DNA of 64,000 nucleotides from Kiritimatiellia bacterium (GCA_017395505.1 JAFPUH010000004.1:7910-71909); one strand, 5' to 3'. Shown: positions 34,187-44,219, numbered from the stretch's first letter. Numbers and translations: made by a program. The notes: generated from the letters alone by a model not told the origin.

Positions 34187-36927
34187 TGGATATAGAGATC
34201 AAGAACGCAAGGATGCACAACCTGCGCGGAATCGACGTGACGATTCCGCGCAACTCCTTGACCGTCGTAACCGGGCTCTCCGGCAGCGGCAAGTCAACCC
34301 TTGCGTTCGACACGCTCTACGCCGAGGGGCAGCGCCGGTATGTCGAGTCGCTCTCGGCCTACGCCAGGCAGTTCCTCGACCGCTTGCGCAAGCCTGAGGT
34401 CGACAAGATCGAAGGCCTCAGCCCTGCGATATCCATCGAGCAGCACACCACGGGCGGCAACCCGAGGTCGATAGTCGCAACGGTCACAGAGATCCACGAC
34501 TACCTCAGGGTGCTCTACGGCTCGGTGGCTACGGCGCACTGTCCGCAATGCGGCAGAGAGGTTCGCCGCCAGTCGGCCGAGCAGATCGTAGACTCGATAA
34601 TGAAGGGCGAAGGGCGCATCACCATCTACGCGCCTGTCGTGAAGGGCAAGAAGGGCCGCCACGAGGAGACCCTCGCCGCGATGAGGCGCAATGGCTTTGC
34701 GAGGGTTCGCATCGACGGCGAGACGCACACCATCGACGAGCTGCCCGAGCTGGACAAGAAGAGGGCCCACAACATTGACATTGTCGTGGACCGCCTCGTG
34801 CTGCCTTGCGACAGGACGCGCCTCACGGATTCCGTCGAACTGGCGCTCAAGCAGGGCTCGGGCATCATCTACGTCAACGATACGACCTACTCCGAGCTCA
34901 ACGCCTGCGTGCACTGCGGCATATCGTTCGACGAGCTGAAGCCGAGGTCGTTCTCCTTCAACTCGCCGTTCGGCGCCTGTCCGACCTGCTCCGGCCTCGG
35001 CCAGCTGTACTACTTCGACGAGGAGCTTGTGGTGCCCGACAGGTCGTTGCCTCTGAGGGAGTGCATACATCCCTGGCGGCGCGCCGGCCACAACGCCATA
35101 ATGTACTACAACGCGCTTCTCGAGCAGATCGCCAAGCAGTACCGCGTCGATCTCGAGACGCCTTACGAAAAGCTGCCCGCGAAGTTCCGGCACGATCTGA
35201 TGCATGGGTTCAAGGATGACCTCGTGCTGCCGTGGCGCCGCGAGGACCGTCCGTTCGAAGGCGTGTTGGCTACTCTCCAGCGCCGTCTCGACGAGGCCGA
35301 AGACGACGAGACGCGCCAGAAGTGGGAGGCCTACCAGAGCTTCAAGACCTGCCCAGACTGCCATGGCACCCGCCTGCGGCCGGAGTCCCGCGCAGCCACC
35401 GTGGCCGGCAGGACGATCGTCGAGGTGATGGCGATGCCGATCAGGGCGGCCCTTGCCTTCTTCGAGTCGGCCCCGCGCTTCGCCGGCATGGATGACGTCA
35501 TGAAGGAGATCGTGCGCCGGCTGAGGTTCCTGCTCGACGTCGGGCTCGACTACCTCACCCTCGACCGCGCTTCCGCAACGCTGTCGGGCGGCGAGATGCA
35601 GAGGATTCGCCTCGCCACGCAGATCGGCAGCGGACTGACCGGTGTCCTGTATGTGCTCGACGAGCCGACGATCGGCCTGCACCCCCGCGACAACGAGCGC
35701 CTCATATCCACTCTCAAGGGACTTCGCGACCGCGGCAACACCGTCGTCATAGTGGAGCACGACGAGGAGATGATGCGATCAGCCGACTGGCTTGTGGATC
35801 TCGGACCAGGCGCAGGACGGGAGGGCGGCCGCCTGATGTACCAGGGTCCGTTCCCCGGGCTGCTCGAAGCCAAGTCGCTCACCGCCGACTATCTGAACGG
35901 ACGGAAGAAAGTTGGCGTTCCGCTCCCGGCCTCCAACCCCAACTCCAAACCCCACCTGACCATCTCGGGCTGCACGGAGCACAATCTCAAGAACATTTCC
36001 GTCAAGATTCCGGTAGGCTCGTTCACTGTCGTAACCGGCGTCTCCGGCAGCGGAAAATCCACCCTTGTCGACGAAACGCTGAAGCGTGCGCTGATGCGCC
36101 ACTTTTACAGGTCGAAGGCAGTCCCCGGCAAGTACAGGCGGCTCACCGGGCTTGAGCACATCGACAAGGTGATCGAGATCGACCAGTCGCCGATAGGGCG
36201 CACACCCCGCTCCAACCCGGCCACCTACGTCGGCTTCTTCTCCGACATACGCGAGCTGTTCGCCCAGACCGAGGCGGCGAAGGCGCGCGGCTACACTGCG
36301 GGACGCTTCTCGTTCAACGTAAAGGGCGGGCGCTGCGAGGTGTGCGGCGGCGACGGCCTCAGAAAGCTAGAGATGAGCTTCCTGCCGGACGTGTATGTGA
36401 CGTGCGAGCAGTGCGGCGGCCGACGCTTCAACGCCGAGACCCTCGAGGTCACCTACGGCGGCAGGAACATCGCCGACGTGCTGGATATGACTGTCTCCGA
36501 GGCGTGCGAGTTCTTCGCGAAGGTGCCGTCGCTGGCCCGCAAGCTGAAGACGCTCGACGAAGTCGGCCTCGGCTACATTGCGCTCGGACAGTCCGCCACG
36601 ACCCTTTCGGGCGGCGAGGCACAGCGCATAAAGCTCGCAACCGAACTGTCTCGCCGCGCTACGGGCCGCACCATGTATCTGCTGGACGAGCCGACCACCG
36701 GGCTTCACTTCGACGATGTCGCCAAGCTCATGAGGCTTCTCATGAGACTTCGCGACCAGGGCAACACCATCGTAGTCATCGAGCACAACGTCGACGTCAT
36801 GCGGTGTGCCGACTGGATCATCGATCTCGGCCCCGGCGGCGGCGACGCCGGCGGCAACCTGGTATGCCAGGGCACGGTCGCGGATGTCCGCGCCTGCAAA
36901 GAGTCAGTAACAGGGAGGTTCCTGTGA
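34186..36927 (+). CDS. uvrA: Excinuclease ABC subunit A
   Basis: [18 protein letters not shown].., GLSGSGKSTLAFDTLYAEGQRRYVESLS, the zinc modules CPQCG and CPTCSGLG, LSGGEMQRIRLA, and a second ABC half with GVSGSGKSTL and LSGGEAQRIKLA. ATG 34186 overlaps the rho TGA (TGATG). The track start at 34054 lies inside rho. Confidence 0.95.
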   Translation: MDIEIKNARMHNLRGIDVTIPRNSLTVVTGLSGSGKSTLAFDTLYAEGQRRYVESLSAYARQFLDRLRKPEVDKIEGLSPAISIEQHTTGGNPRSIVATVTEIHDYLRVLYGSVATAHCPQCGREVRRQSAEQIVDSIMKGEGRITIYAPVVKGKKGRHEETLAAMRRNGFARVRIDGETHTIDELPELDKKRAHNIDIVVDRLVLPCDRTRLTDSVELALKQGSGIIYVNDTTYSELNACVHCGISFDELKPRSFSFNSPFGACPTCSGLGQLYYFDEELVVPDRSLPLRECIHPWRRAGHNAIMYYNALLEQIAKQYRVDLETPYEKLPAKFRHDLMHGFKDDLVLPWRREDRPFEGVLATLQRRLDEAEDDETRQKWEAYQSFKTCPDCHGTRLRPESRAATVAGRTIVEVMAMPIRAALAFFESAPRFAGMDDVMKEIVRRLRFLLDVGLDYLTLDRASATLSGGEMQRIRLATQIGSGLTGVLYVLDEPTIGLHPRDNERLISTLKGLRDRGNTVVIVEHDEEMMRSADWLVDLGPGAGREGGRLMYQGPFPGLLEAKSLTADYLNGRKKVGVPLPASNPNSKPHLTISGCTEHNLKNISVKIPVGSFTVVTGVSGSGKSTLVDETLKRALMRHFYRSKAVPGKYRRLTGLEHIDKVIEIDQSPIGRTPRSNPATYVGFFSDIRELFAQTEAAKARGYTAGRFSFNVKGGRCEVCGGDGLRKLEMSFLPDVYVTCEQCGGRRFNAETLEVTYGGRNIADVLDMTVSEACEFFAKVPSLARKLKTLDEVGLGYIALGQSATTLSGGEAQRIKLATELSRRATGRTMYLLDEPTTGLHFDDVAKLMRLLMRLRDQGNTIVVIEHNVDVMRCADWIIDLGPGGGDAGGNLVCQGTVADVRACKESVTGRFL

Positions 36928-38231
36928 TACGCGATTCATACCGTCCGCTGTCGCCTGGAAGGGCTGCGTCGGAAACGTCGTTCTGGATAAACCTCGCGGC
37001 CCTGGCTCTTTCTCTTGGCGCCGTCTGGCTGGGCCGCCGCCTTGGCTTCGCCTCGCCAGATGCGATGTTCGTGGTCATGCTCGTCTCGCTTCTCGTCTTC
37101 AGCGTGGCCTTGGAGACGCTATTCCACCCCAAGACCTGCGGACTTCTGCGCTTCAGGCTTGAGCGTCCGTTGAGCTGGCGCAGGGTCGCCTTCAGAGAGG
37201 TGGCGCTGATCGCGACGTTCCTCGCCATCGGATTCGTCTACTGGCTGCTGCCGATGTTCGGCGACAGGCAGATGGTAAGCCACTACCGTCCGTTCCTCAT
37301 GCTGTTCGTCACGGCGCTGATGCTGCTGAGCGTGCCGTACTTCTGCCTGATGGACCGCATCGACCCGGAGGAAGAGGACGTGCTATGCAGGATCGGCCGC
37401 GCAATCGTGACGCGCCGCCGCACCGTCACGCGATTCGAGCTGGGCAACTACGTCCGCTCATGGGCGGTCAAGGCGTTCTGGCTGAGCCTGATGCAGCCCG
37501 CCATGGTCGACAAGTTCAAGCTGCTCATATACTATCCCGTCTCGCGGCTCGAGGGCAATCCGATGGAGTGGTATCTCGTGGCCACCACAGTATGCTTCGG
37601 CATCGACCTCTGCTACGCCTCGGCCGGGTATGCCCTGAACTTCAAGCTCTTCAACACCCATACGCGAACGGCCGAGCCGACCCTTACGGGGTGGCTCGCG
37701 GCGATAAGCTGCTACTGGCCGTTCTGGGGCATACTGCTCTCGCCCTACTTCTTCAAGTACGCCCGCGCGGTGCAGTGGGAGTCGCTCTTCGACAACGGTA
37801 GCGTGATGTGGTGGATATGGGCCGCCGCGATAATACTTCTCGAGCTCATATATGCGCTTGCGACAGTCGCCGCCGGCATACGCTTCTCGAACCTCACCTA
37901 TCGCGGCCTCTGGAACACCGGCCCATACCGCTGGACGAAGCATCCCGCTTACGTCTTCAAGGGATTGAGCTGGTGGCTCATATCGGTGCCGTTCATCGTC
38001 AACGACGGAGCCGACGCGCTGAAGTGCACGCTGCTTCTCATTGGCGTGAACCTGATCTACTACGCCCGCGCGAAGACCGAGGAGCGCCACCTTTCAAACT
38101 ATCCAGAGTATGTCGAGTACGCTCTTGAGATGAACGAGCGCAGCATCTTCCGCTGGTGCGCGAAGCTGATACCGGCGCTCAAGTATGTGCCGCCGAAGGA
38201 GGGCGCACGGTTGTTCGAGGTTTCGCAATGA
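36924..38231 (+). CDS. Polytopic membrane protein with a C-terminal ICMT/phospholipid-methyltransferase-like domain
   Basis: GTG 36924 follows GGGAGG (36913-36918) and overlaps the uvrA TGA. The protein has multiple hydrophobic helices. The C-terminus WTKHPAYVFKGLSWW...YYARAKTEERHLSNYPEYVEYALEMNERSIF resembles the ICMT/PEMT family signature. Confidence 0.65.
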   Translation: MIRDSYRPLSPGRAASETSFWINLAALALSLGAVWLGRRLGFASPDAMFVVMLVSLLVFSVALETLFHPKTCGLLRFRLERPLSWRRVAFREVALIATFLAIGFVYWLLPMFGDRQMVSHYRPFLMLFVTALMLLSVPYFCLMDRIDPEEEDVLCRIGRAIVTRRRTVTRFELGNYVRSWAVKAFWLSLMQPAMVDKFKLLIYYPVSRLEGNPMEWYLVATTVCFGIDLCYASAGYALNFKLFNTHTRTAEPTLTGWLAAISCYWPFWGILLSPYFFKYARAVQWESLFDNGSVMWWIWAAAIILLELIYALATVAAGIRFSNLTYRGLWNTGPYRWTKHPAYVFKGLSWWLISVPFIVNDGADALKCTLLLIGVNLIYYARAKTEERHLSNYPEYVEYALEMNERSIFRWCAKLIPALKYVPPKEGARLFEVSQ

Positions 38232-39790
38232 AGGCAATAGTCAACGGCACGATAATAGACGGATCCGGCGCGAGCGCATACCGTGGCGACGTAGTGGTGG
38301 ATGGCGACACCATCGTCGACATAGTTCGTGGCGAAGGTCTCGGCCTCGCTCCGCAGATGGAGACGGTGGATGCCGCCGGATGCCTTGTTACGCCCGGTTT
38401 CATCGACGCCCACACCCACTCCGACGCATATCTCGTCATAGAGCCCGATGCGCCGTCGAAGATCACGCAGGGCATCACGACCGAGATAAACGGACAGTGC
38501 GGCGGCTCGGTGGCGCCTCGATACGGCGAGGCGAGGCTTTCGTCCGACTGGGCTTCGATACTCGGTCCGCGTCTCACGTGGCGCTCGCTCGCCGAGTATC
38601 GCGATGTGCTTGCCGAAGCAAGGCCCGCCGTTAACACGGTGCAGTTCATCGGCCACAACACGCTGCGTTCATCGGTGGTGGGCTACGCTGGCCGTGCGGC
38701 AACCGACGACGAGATGCGTGAGATGAAGGCGCTTCTCGAGAAGTGCATGGACGAGGGCGGCTGGGGGCTCACGACGGGCCTCATATACCAGCCCGGCAAG
38801 AACTCTACGCCCGAGGAGGTCGTCGAGCTCGCCAAGGTCGCCGCCGCAAAGGGCGGCCTGTATGCGACCCACATGAGGTCCGAAGGCGACAGGATTCTCG
38901 AGGCGATCGACGAAGTGCTAGACCTTGTGCGCGCTACGGGCATCCGCGCCGAGATATCTCACCTCAAGACGAGCGGCCGCCGCAACTGGGGCAAGATCGA
39001 CGCGGTGCTGGACAAGATGCAGAGTGCGGTTGATGCCGGTCTTCTGCTCGGCAGCGATCGCTATCCGTATTGCGCGGCAGGAACAGACCTGGATGTCGTG
39101 CTGCCGGACTGGGCCCAGGAGGGTGCCGCCAAGGCCGAGTGCGAAAGGCTGGCCGACGCGGCGACGCGCGGGCGCATGGTCGCCGAGCTGGATGCCTCCG
39201 ACCGCGACTGGTCGACCGTCATGATCGGCGGCACATGGCATGCGGACAACAAGCGCTTCTCGGGCCGGTTCGTCTCCGACCTTCTGCAGGAGCTTTCGCT
39301 TTCGCCCGGCGAACTTGTCTGCCGCATACTCGAAAAGGACCTCTGCCGAACGGGGGGCTTCTTCTTCGGCATGAGCGAAGAGAATCTCGCAAAGATATAC
39401 TCCCGGCCCTGGATCGTGCCCGGCAGCGACGCGTCGCTCCGCGCGCCCTGGGGACCTCTCGGGGCGGACCATCCGCATCCCCGCGCCTATGCGACAATGC
39501 CGGAGTTCTACCGCCGCGTCAGGGCGCTGGGCTTTTCGCGCGAGGCGACGGTGGCCCGCATGACGGGCGTGCCCGCCAGGCGCTTCGGACTCAATCGGCG
39601 CGGCGTCATCGAGAAGGGCGCATTTGCGGATATTGTCGTCTGGCGCGAGGCGTCGTTCACAGCCAATTCGACCTACATAGATCCCCACAGGTTCACCGGC
39701 GGTGTCGAACTCGTAATGGTCAACGGCTCTGTACCGTATCGCGCAGGACGCTTCACCGGCGACCGCGCAGGACGCTTTCTGGAAAAATGA
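38228..39790 (+). CDS. N-acyl-D-amino-acid deacylase (D-aminoacylase) family amidohydrolase
   Basis: MKAIVNGTIIDGSGASAYRGDVVVDGDTIVDI..VDAAGCLVTPGFIDAHTHSD, ..GGLYATHMRSEG.. and the C-terminal RRGVIEKGAFADIVVW. There is an ATGA overlap with the upstream gene. Confidence 0.82.
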   Translation: MKAIVNGTIIDGSGASAYRGDVVVDGDTIVDIVRGEGLGLAPQMETVDAAGCLVTPGFIDAHTHSDAYLVIEPDAPSKITQGITTEINGQCGGSVAPRYGEARLSSDWASILGPRLTWRSLAEYRDVLAEARPAVNTVQFIGHNTLRSSVVGYAGRAATDDEMREMKALLEKCMDEGGWGLTTGLIYQPGKNSTPEEVVELAKVAAAKGGLYATHMRSEGDRILEAIDEVLDLVRATGIRAEISHLKTSGRRNWGKIDAVLDKMQSAVDAGLLLGSDRYPYCAAGTDLDVVLPDWAQEGAAKAECERLADAATRGRMVAELDASDRDWSTVMIGGTWHADNKRFSGRFVSDLLQELSLSPGELVCRILEKDLCRTGGFFFGMSEENLAKIYSRPWIVPGSDASLRAPWGPLGADHPHPRAYATMPEFYRRVRALGFSREATVARMTGVPARRFGLNRRGVIEKGAFADIVVWREASFTANSTYIDPHRFTGGVELVMVNGSVPYRAGRFTGDRAGRFLEK

Positions 39791-39796
39791 TATAAT
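39788..39796 (+). promoter_or_regulatory. Extended -10 candidate, TGATATAAT, upstream of rpe
   Basis: TGaTATAAT at 39788-39796. No good -35 element was found. It lies only about 8 nt before ATG 39804, so a transcript from it would be nearly leaderless. Confidence 0.3.
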
Positions 39797-39803
39797 ACTA
39801 AAC

Positions 39804-40454
39804 ATGAAGCTTGAAATATTGCCTTCGCTGCTTGCAGCGGATTTCGGACGTCTCTCTGACGAGATTCTGCGCGCAGAGGCCTCGGGCGCCGATGCCCTGC
39901 ATCTGGACATAATGGATCCGCATTTCGTGCCCAACCTTTCGTTCGGGCCAGATGTGGTAGCGCTCTCCAGGCGGACGGCACCCGGCTTCTACCGCAATGT
40001 GCATCTGATGATGTCCAGGCCAGACCTTTATCTCGAGAAGTTCGCCGCGGCCGGCGCGCAGACGATACAGATACATGTGGAGGCCGATTGCGACCTTCAT
40101 GTCGAGCTGGCCCGCATCCGCTCCCTTGGCGTCAAGCCGGCGATAGTCCTCAACCCGGAGACCCCGGTGGAGCGCATCGCCCCTTATCTCGACGAGGTGG
40201 ACGAGGTTCTCGTAATGACGGTTCATCCCGGCTACGGCGGACAGAAGTTCATCGCCGACTGCCTGCCGAAGGTTTCATGGGTGCGCGAGCGCCGTCCCGG
40301 ACTCGACATAATGGTGGATGGCGGGGTGAACGGCGACACTGCGGTGGAGTCGGTCAAGGCCGGCGCAAACCAGCTTGTCGCCGGCAGCTACCTGTTCCGC
40401 CAGAGCGACATGGCCGCCGCCGTGGCGGATATGCGCAGACGCTGTGCTTGTTGA
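39804..40454 (+). CDS. rpe: Ribulose-phosphate 3-epimerase
   Basis: ILPSLLAADFGRLSDEI, LHLDIMDPHFVPNLSFGP, VMTVHPGYGGQKFI and MVDGGVN. Confidence 0.93.
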   Translation: MKLEILPSLLAADFGRLSDEILRAEASGADALHLDIMDPHFVPNLSFGPDVVALSRRTAPGFYRNVHLMMSRPDLYLEKFAAAGAQTIQIHVEADCDLHVELARIRSLGVKPAIVLNPETPVERIAPYLDEVDEVLVMTVHPGYGGQKFIADCLPKVSWVRERRPGLDIMVDGGVNGDTAVESVKAGANQLVAGSYLFRQSDMAAAVADMRRRCAC

Positions 40455-40479
40455 CGCAAATGCCAAATTTCGGTATAAT
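40451..40479 (+). promoter_or_regulatory. Near-consensus sigma70-like promoter, TTGACG-17-TATAAT, upstream of the MFS transporter and galK
   Basis: TTGACG at 40451-40456, a 17-nt spacer, and TATAAT at 40474-40479. AAAAGGAG and ATG 40512 follow downstream. Confidence 0.6.
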
Positions 40480-40511
40480 CCGTAATTGAAAAGCTCTAAA
40501 AGGAGATAGCT

Positions 40512-41810
40512 ATGAGTAACCAGGAGAAGAAGGGTGGTAATTTCATCGCAATTGCCACGATGTTTGCGCTCTATGGCATGGTCGGGTTCGTCACGTTCAT
40601 GGCGGCTCCGGTTGGCGCCATTTGGAAGGAGCAGCCCGGTATAGCCGGCTCCAACATGCTGGCGACGATGGGCGTCACGATGAACTTCATGGCCTATCTG
40701 TTCATGGGCATTCCGTCGGGCATGCTGCTTTCCAAGATCGGCTACAAGAAGACGTCGCTTGCCGCCATCGCCGCAGGCTGCATAGGCGTGCTGATCCAGA
40801 CGGCGTCGGGCTATGTCTGCACCGAATCCACCATCGGTTCGCTGCCTGCGGCCTGGTTCGTCTACCTCCTCGGTGCGTTCATATCCGGCTTCTCGATGTG
40901 CATGCTCAACACCGTCATATGCCCGATGCTCAACACGCTGGGCGGCGCCCGCGGCAACCAGCTCAACCTTGCCGGCGGAACGTTCCAGTCGATATGCACG
41001 ACGCTGGCGCCGATCCTTCTCGGCGGCATAGTAGGCGCCGTCACCAAGGATACCAAGATAACCGACATCTCCGGAGTGCTCTTCACCGCAGCCGCAGTTT
41101 TCGCGGTCGCGTTCATCGTCATATCGTTCCTGCCGATAAAGGATCCTGAGCAGGTTTCGACCGCCGATACCGGCGACGGGTTGCCGCTCACCTCGCGCCA
41201 CTGCCTCATGGGCATATTCGGCATCTTCCTCTACATGGGCATCGAGGCCGGCGTGGGAACGGGCATGAACCTCTGGCTCTCCGATGTAAACTCCTCGCCG
41301 CTTCTCGCCCTGGGCAATGATCCGTCGAAGCTGGCGGCCATCGCCGGCAGCGCGTTCGGCGCGTTCTGCGCCCTCATGCTCGTAGGCCGGTTCATCGGTT
41401 CCGCCATCGGCGGCAAGGTTACGCCGCGCATGCTGCTGCTCGCCACGGCCGGTCTGGGCGTCGTGTTCGTCGCCCTCGGCATGGCTCTAGCCAAGGTCTC
41501 CGTCGGCGTTCCGTTCGGCGTGGGCACCCTGCCCGTTTCGGCGTTCTTCTTCATCGCTTGCGGCCTCTGCGCTTCCGTGATGTGGGCCACGATCTTCAAC
41601 CTGTCGGTCGACGGCCTCGGCAAGAACACCGAGAAGGCGTCCGGCCTGTTCATGGAGATGGTCATCGGCGGCGCGCTTCTGCCGCTTGTGCAGAACTTCA
41701 TCGCCGACAAGGCGGGGTTCGTCGTCTCGTTCATCGTGCCGCTGCTCTGCTTCGCGTACCTTTTCGTGTATGCCCTTGCGTTCACCCGCAAGGCCGGGCA
41801 GTCCGTCTGA
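40512..41810 (+). CDS. MFS sugar transporter, FucP/GluP (glucose/galactose-type) family
   Basis: About 12 hydrophobic helices. The N-terminus ..FIAIATMFALYGMVGFVTFM.. and ..GIPSGMLLSKIGYKKT.. are typical of the FucP/GluP subfamily. It lies directly upstream of galK. Confidence 0.75.
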   Translation: MSNQEKKGGNFIAIATMFALYGMVGFVTFMAAPVGAIWKEQPGIAGSNMLATMGVTMNFMAYLFMGIPSGMLLSKIGYKKTSLAAIAAGCIGVLIQTASGYVCTESTIGSLPAAWFVYLLGAFISGFSMCMLNTVICPMLNTLGGARGNQLNLAGGTFQSICTTLAPILLGGIVGAVTKDTKITDISGVLFTAAAVFAVAFIVISFLPIKDPEQVSTADTGDGLPLTSRHCLMGIFGIFLYMGIEAGVGTGMNLWLSDVNSSPLLALGNDPSKLAAIAGSAFGAFCALMLVGRFIGSAIGGKVTPRMLLLATAGLGVVFVALGMALAKVSVGVPFGVGTLPVSAFFFIACGLCASVMWATIFNLSVDGLGKNTEKASGLFMEMVIGGALLPLVQNFIADKAGFVVSFIVPLLCFAYLFVYALAFTRKAGQSV

Positions 41811-41837
41811 AAACTTAAACAAGAAAGGATCCATAAA

Positions 41838-43010
41838 ATGCTCAACCAGGAAGTCTACGAAGAGCTGGTCTCCAAGTTTGAGAAGATGTACGGCGAGAAG
41901 CCGCAGGTAGTCGCCTATGCGCCTGGGCGCATCGAGGTGCTCGGCAACCACACCGACTACAACGAGGGCTATGTGTTCTCCGCCGCGATCGACAAGGGCA
42001 CGTTCTTCGCGGTCTCGCCGACTGCCGACCGTTCGTGCGAGCTTACGGCAGGCGATTTCATGGAGACCGCGAAGTTCACGCTCGACACCGTCGCTCCTGC
42101 TAAGGAGATGACGTGGCAGAACTACGTCACCGGCACCTTCAACTGGCTCTTCGACGGCGCTCCCGCACAGGCGAAGCACGGCTGGAAGGGCATGTTCCTC
42201 GGCAACATCCCGCTTGGCGCCGGCCTCAGCTCGTCCGCTGCGCTTGAGATGTGCACGGCTCTCGCGCTTTCCAAGGTCTACGGCATAGATAAGGACCGTA
42301 CGACCCTCGCCAAGATCGGCCAGAAGGCTGAGCATACGTTCGCCGGCTGCCCCTGCGGACTGCTCGACCAGGCTTCGTCGATGTACGGCAAGGCCGGAGC
42401 GCTCGTCAAGAGCGACTTCCGCTACAACACCTTCGAGACCGTTGACCTCGGCCCCACGGTGGCGTTCATGATGGTGAAGTCCAACGCCAAGCACGCCCTT
42501 GTCGACGGCGCCTACGCTTCGCGCCGTCAGGCGTGCGAAGACGCCGCCAAGTATTTCGCCGGCGTCCTCAGGAAGCCCGTCACCCATCTGCGCGATGTCA
42601 CCATGGCCGAATGGGTTCTCTACAGGGGCGGCCTGAGCGAGACCACAGCCCGCCGTGCGGTTCATCCGATCGGTGAGGATGAGCGCGTGCTCCAGGGCGC
42701 GGCTCTTCTCGAGAAGGGCGACCTCAAGGCCTTTGGCGCTCTCATGTACGATTCGCACGAGTCGAGCCGCAGCTGGTTCGAGAACTCCTGCGAGGAGCTC
42801 GACACGATCGTCGACGCCGCAAAGGCCATTCCCGAAGTCTACGGCGCGCGCCTTTCCGGCGGCGGCTTCGGCGGCAGCTGCTGCCTGCTCGTCGACCCGA
42901 CGGCCGCCGACAAGATCGCGGCGCAGATCAAGAAGGAGTACAAGGCCAAGCACGGCGACGAGCCCGAGGTAAGCCTGATCAAGCCTTCCGAGGGCGCCCA
43001 CCTTGTTTGA
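41838..43010 (+). CDS. galK: Galactokinase
   Basis: APGRIEVLGNHTDYNEG (galactokinase signature), the GHMP motif PLGAGLSSSAALE, and GARLSGGGFGG. Confidence 0.94.
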   Translation: MLNQEVYEELVSKFEKMYGEKPQVVAYAPGRIEVLGNHTDYNEGYVFSAAIDKGTFFAVSPTADRSCELTAGDFMETAKFTLDTVAPAKEMTWQNYVTGTFNWLFDGAPAQAKHGWKGMFLGNIPLGAGLSSSAALEMCTALALSKVYGIDKDRTTLAKIGQKAEHTFAGCPCGLLDQASSMYGKAGALVKSDFRYNTFETVDLGPTVAFMMVKSNAKHALVDGAYASRRQACEDAAKYFAGVLRKPVTHLRDVTMAEWVLYRGGLSETTARRAVHPIGEDERVLQGAALLEKGDLKAFGALMYDSHESSRSWFENSCEELDTIVDAAKAIPEVYGARLSGGGFGGSCCLLVDPTAADKIAAQIKKEYKAKHGDEPEVSLIKPSEGAHLV

Positions 43011-43032
43011 TTCCATTTAAGGAGGAACGGCA

Positions 43033-44199
43033 ATGAACATACTTGTTAAGACGTTGGCTTGCGCCTCGGCGGTCGTGGCCGCTTCGGCCGCATGGGCCCA
43101 GTTCGAGGACGACGCCGATTTTGACGAGCCTGTCGACTCCGAAGAGGTCTCCTCGGACGACGAGGAAGGTGCCGAAGCCGAGTCGGAGGAGCCCGAGGCT
43201 CCGGCCGACGGGAACAAGGCCGAGGTCAAGGCCTCCAGGAAGGTCTCGCTCGACAAGCCGTTCCACCTGATGCCGCTGTGCCGCCTGCTCGAGGGCGTCG
43301 GCGAGGTGCGCCGTCCCGGCGCCGCCGATTGGGTAGCCATCGAGGAGGGCCGTTTCTATCCGCTCGGCTCCGCCTACAGGACGGCCGGCGCATCCTCGCG
43401 GATGGCGATACAGTTCGGCGACGGCAGCGAGGTTCTGATGTCCGGCTCCGCGGCGTTCGTTACGCTGCCTCAGACGCTCGGCGAGAAGAGGCGCGTTATT
43501 GCGCTTGACGCCGGCACGATCACGGTCAAGCTTCCGCGCGGCCTCGCGCCGGGCATGTTCGCCGTCACCGCGCCAGGCTTCACCGTCGAGAATCTCGAGG
43601 GCGATTCGCGCTACACCTACCGCAGGACCGGCGACGGCGACGAGGCCGTCGTGCGCTGCGTGACCGGCACGATGGCCATGAAGGGCCGCCACTTCTCTAT
43701 CGAAAAGATGTCCGCCGCCAACGAGCTCAGGGTGCGTACTTCGCACGACAATCTCTTCACAGGGCTCTTCGGCAACAGCGGCGACATAGTGGTCAAGCTC
43801 GATCAGGGCATGGTTTCTGTCCAGGACTTCGAGACCAAGGAGTTCAATGACGAGCCCCGCTATCTCGACTGGCACCTCTCGCCCAAGACCGCAGTGCGCA
43901 TCCACCGCGCCGTTCCCGAGATCGGTGACAGGATGTCCGTCGCGGTCATGACTTTCGACACCAACGGCGAGCTGCAGAACCGTTGCGCCTTCACCGAGGG
44001 CCGTAGCGAGATCAACAGCGGCGAGGAGGGCGCTGGCGTGCTGGCCAAGCAGGAGGAGGACGCCGCCAAGAAGGCCGCCGAAGCCGCCGAGACCATCGCC
44101 CTTGACGAGGAAGAGGAAGAGGAGTCTGACGACGCCTCGGCCTCCGATGATGAAGACTCCTCTTCTGACGGCGCTGACGAGGAAGAAGAGGATTTCTGA
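43033..44199 (+). CDS. Secreted protein with a FecR-like central domain flanked by strongly acidic tails
   Basis: Signal peptide MNILVKTLACASAVVAASAAWAQ. Acidic N-terminal tail (DDADFDEPVDSEEVSSDDEEGAEAESEEPE) and acidic C-terminal tail (DEEEEEESDDASASDDEDSSSDGADEEEEDF). The central stretch W.AIEEGRFYPLGSAYRT..SSRMAIQFGDGSEVLMSGSAAF resembles FecR-type sensor domains. Confidence 0.55.
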   Translation: MNILVKTLACASAVVAASAAWAQFEDDADFDEPVDSEEVSSDDEEGAEAESEEPEAPADGNKAEVKASRKVSLDKPFHLMPLCRLLEGVGEVRRPGAADWVAIEEGRFYPLGSAYRTAGASSRMAIQFGDGSEVLMSGSAAFVTLPQTLGEKRRVIALDAGTITVKLPRGLAPGMFAVTAPGFTVENLEGDSRYTYRRTGDGDEAVVRCVTGTMAMKGRHFSIEKMSAANELRVRTSHDNLFTGLFGNSGDIVVKLDQGMVSVQDFETKEFNDEPRYLDWHLSPKTAVRIHRAVPEIGDRMSVAVMTFDTNGELQNRCAFTEGRSEINSGEEGAGVLAKQEEDAAKKAAEAAETIALDEEEEEESDDASASDDEDSSSDGADEEEEDF

Positions 44200-44219
44200 T
44201 ACAAAGGTAAAAAAACGAC

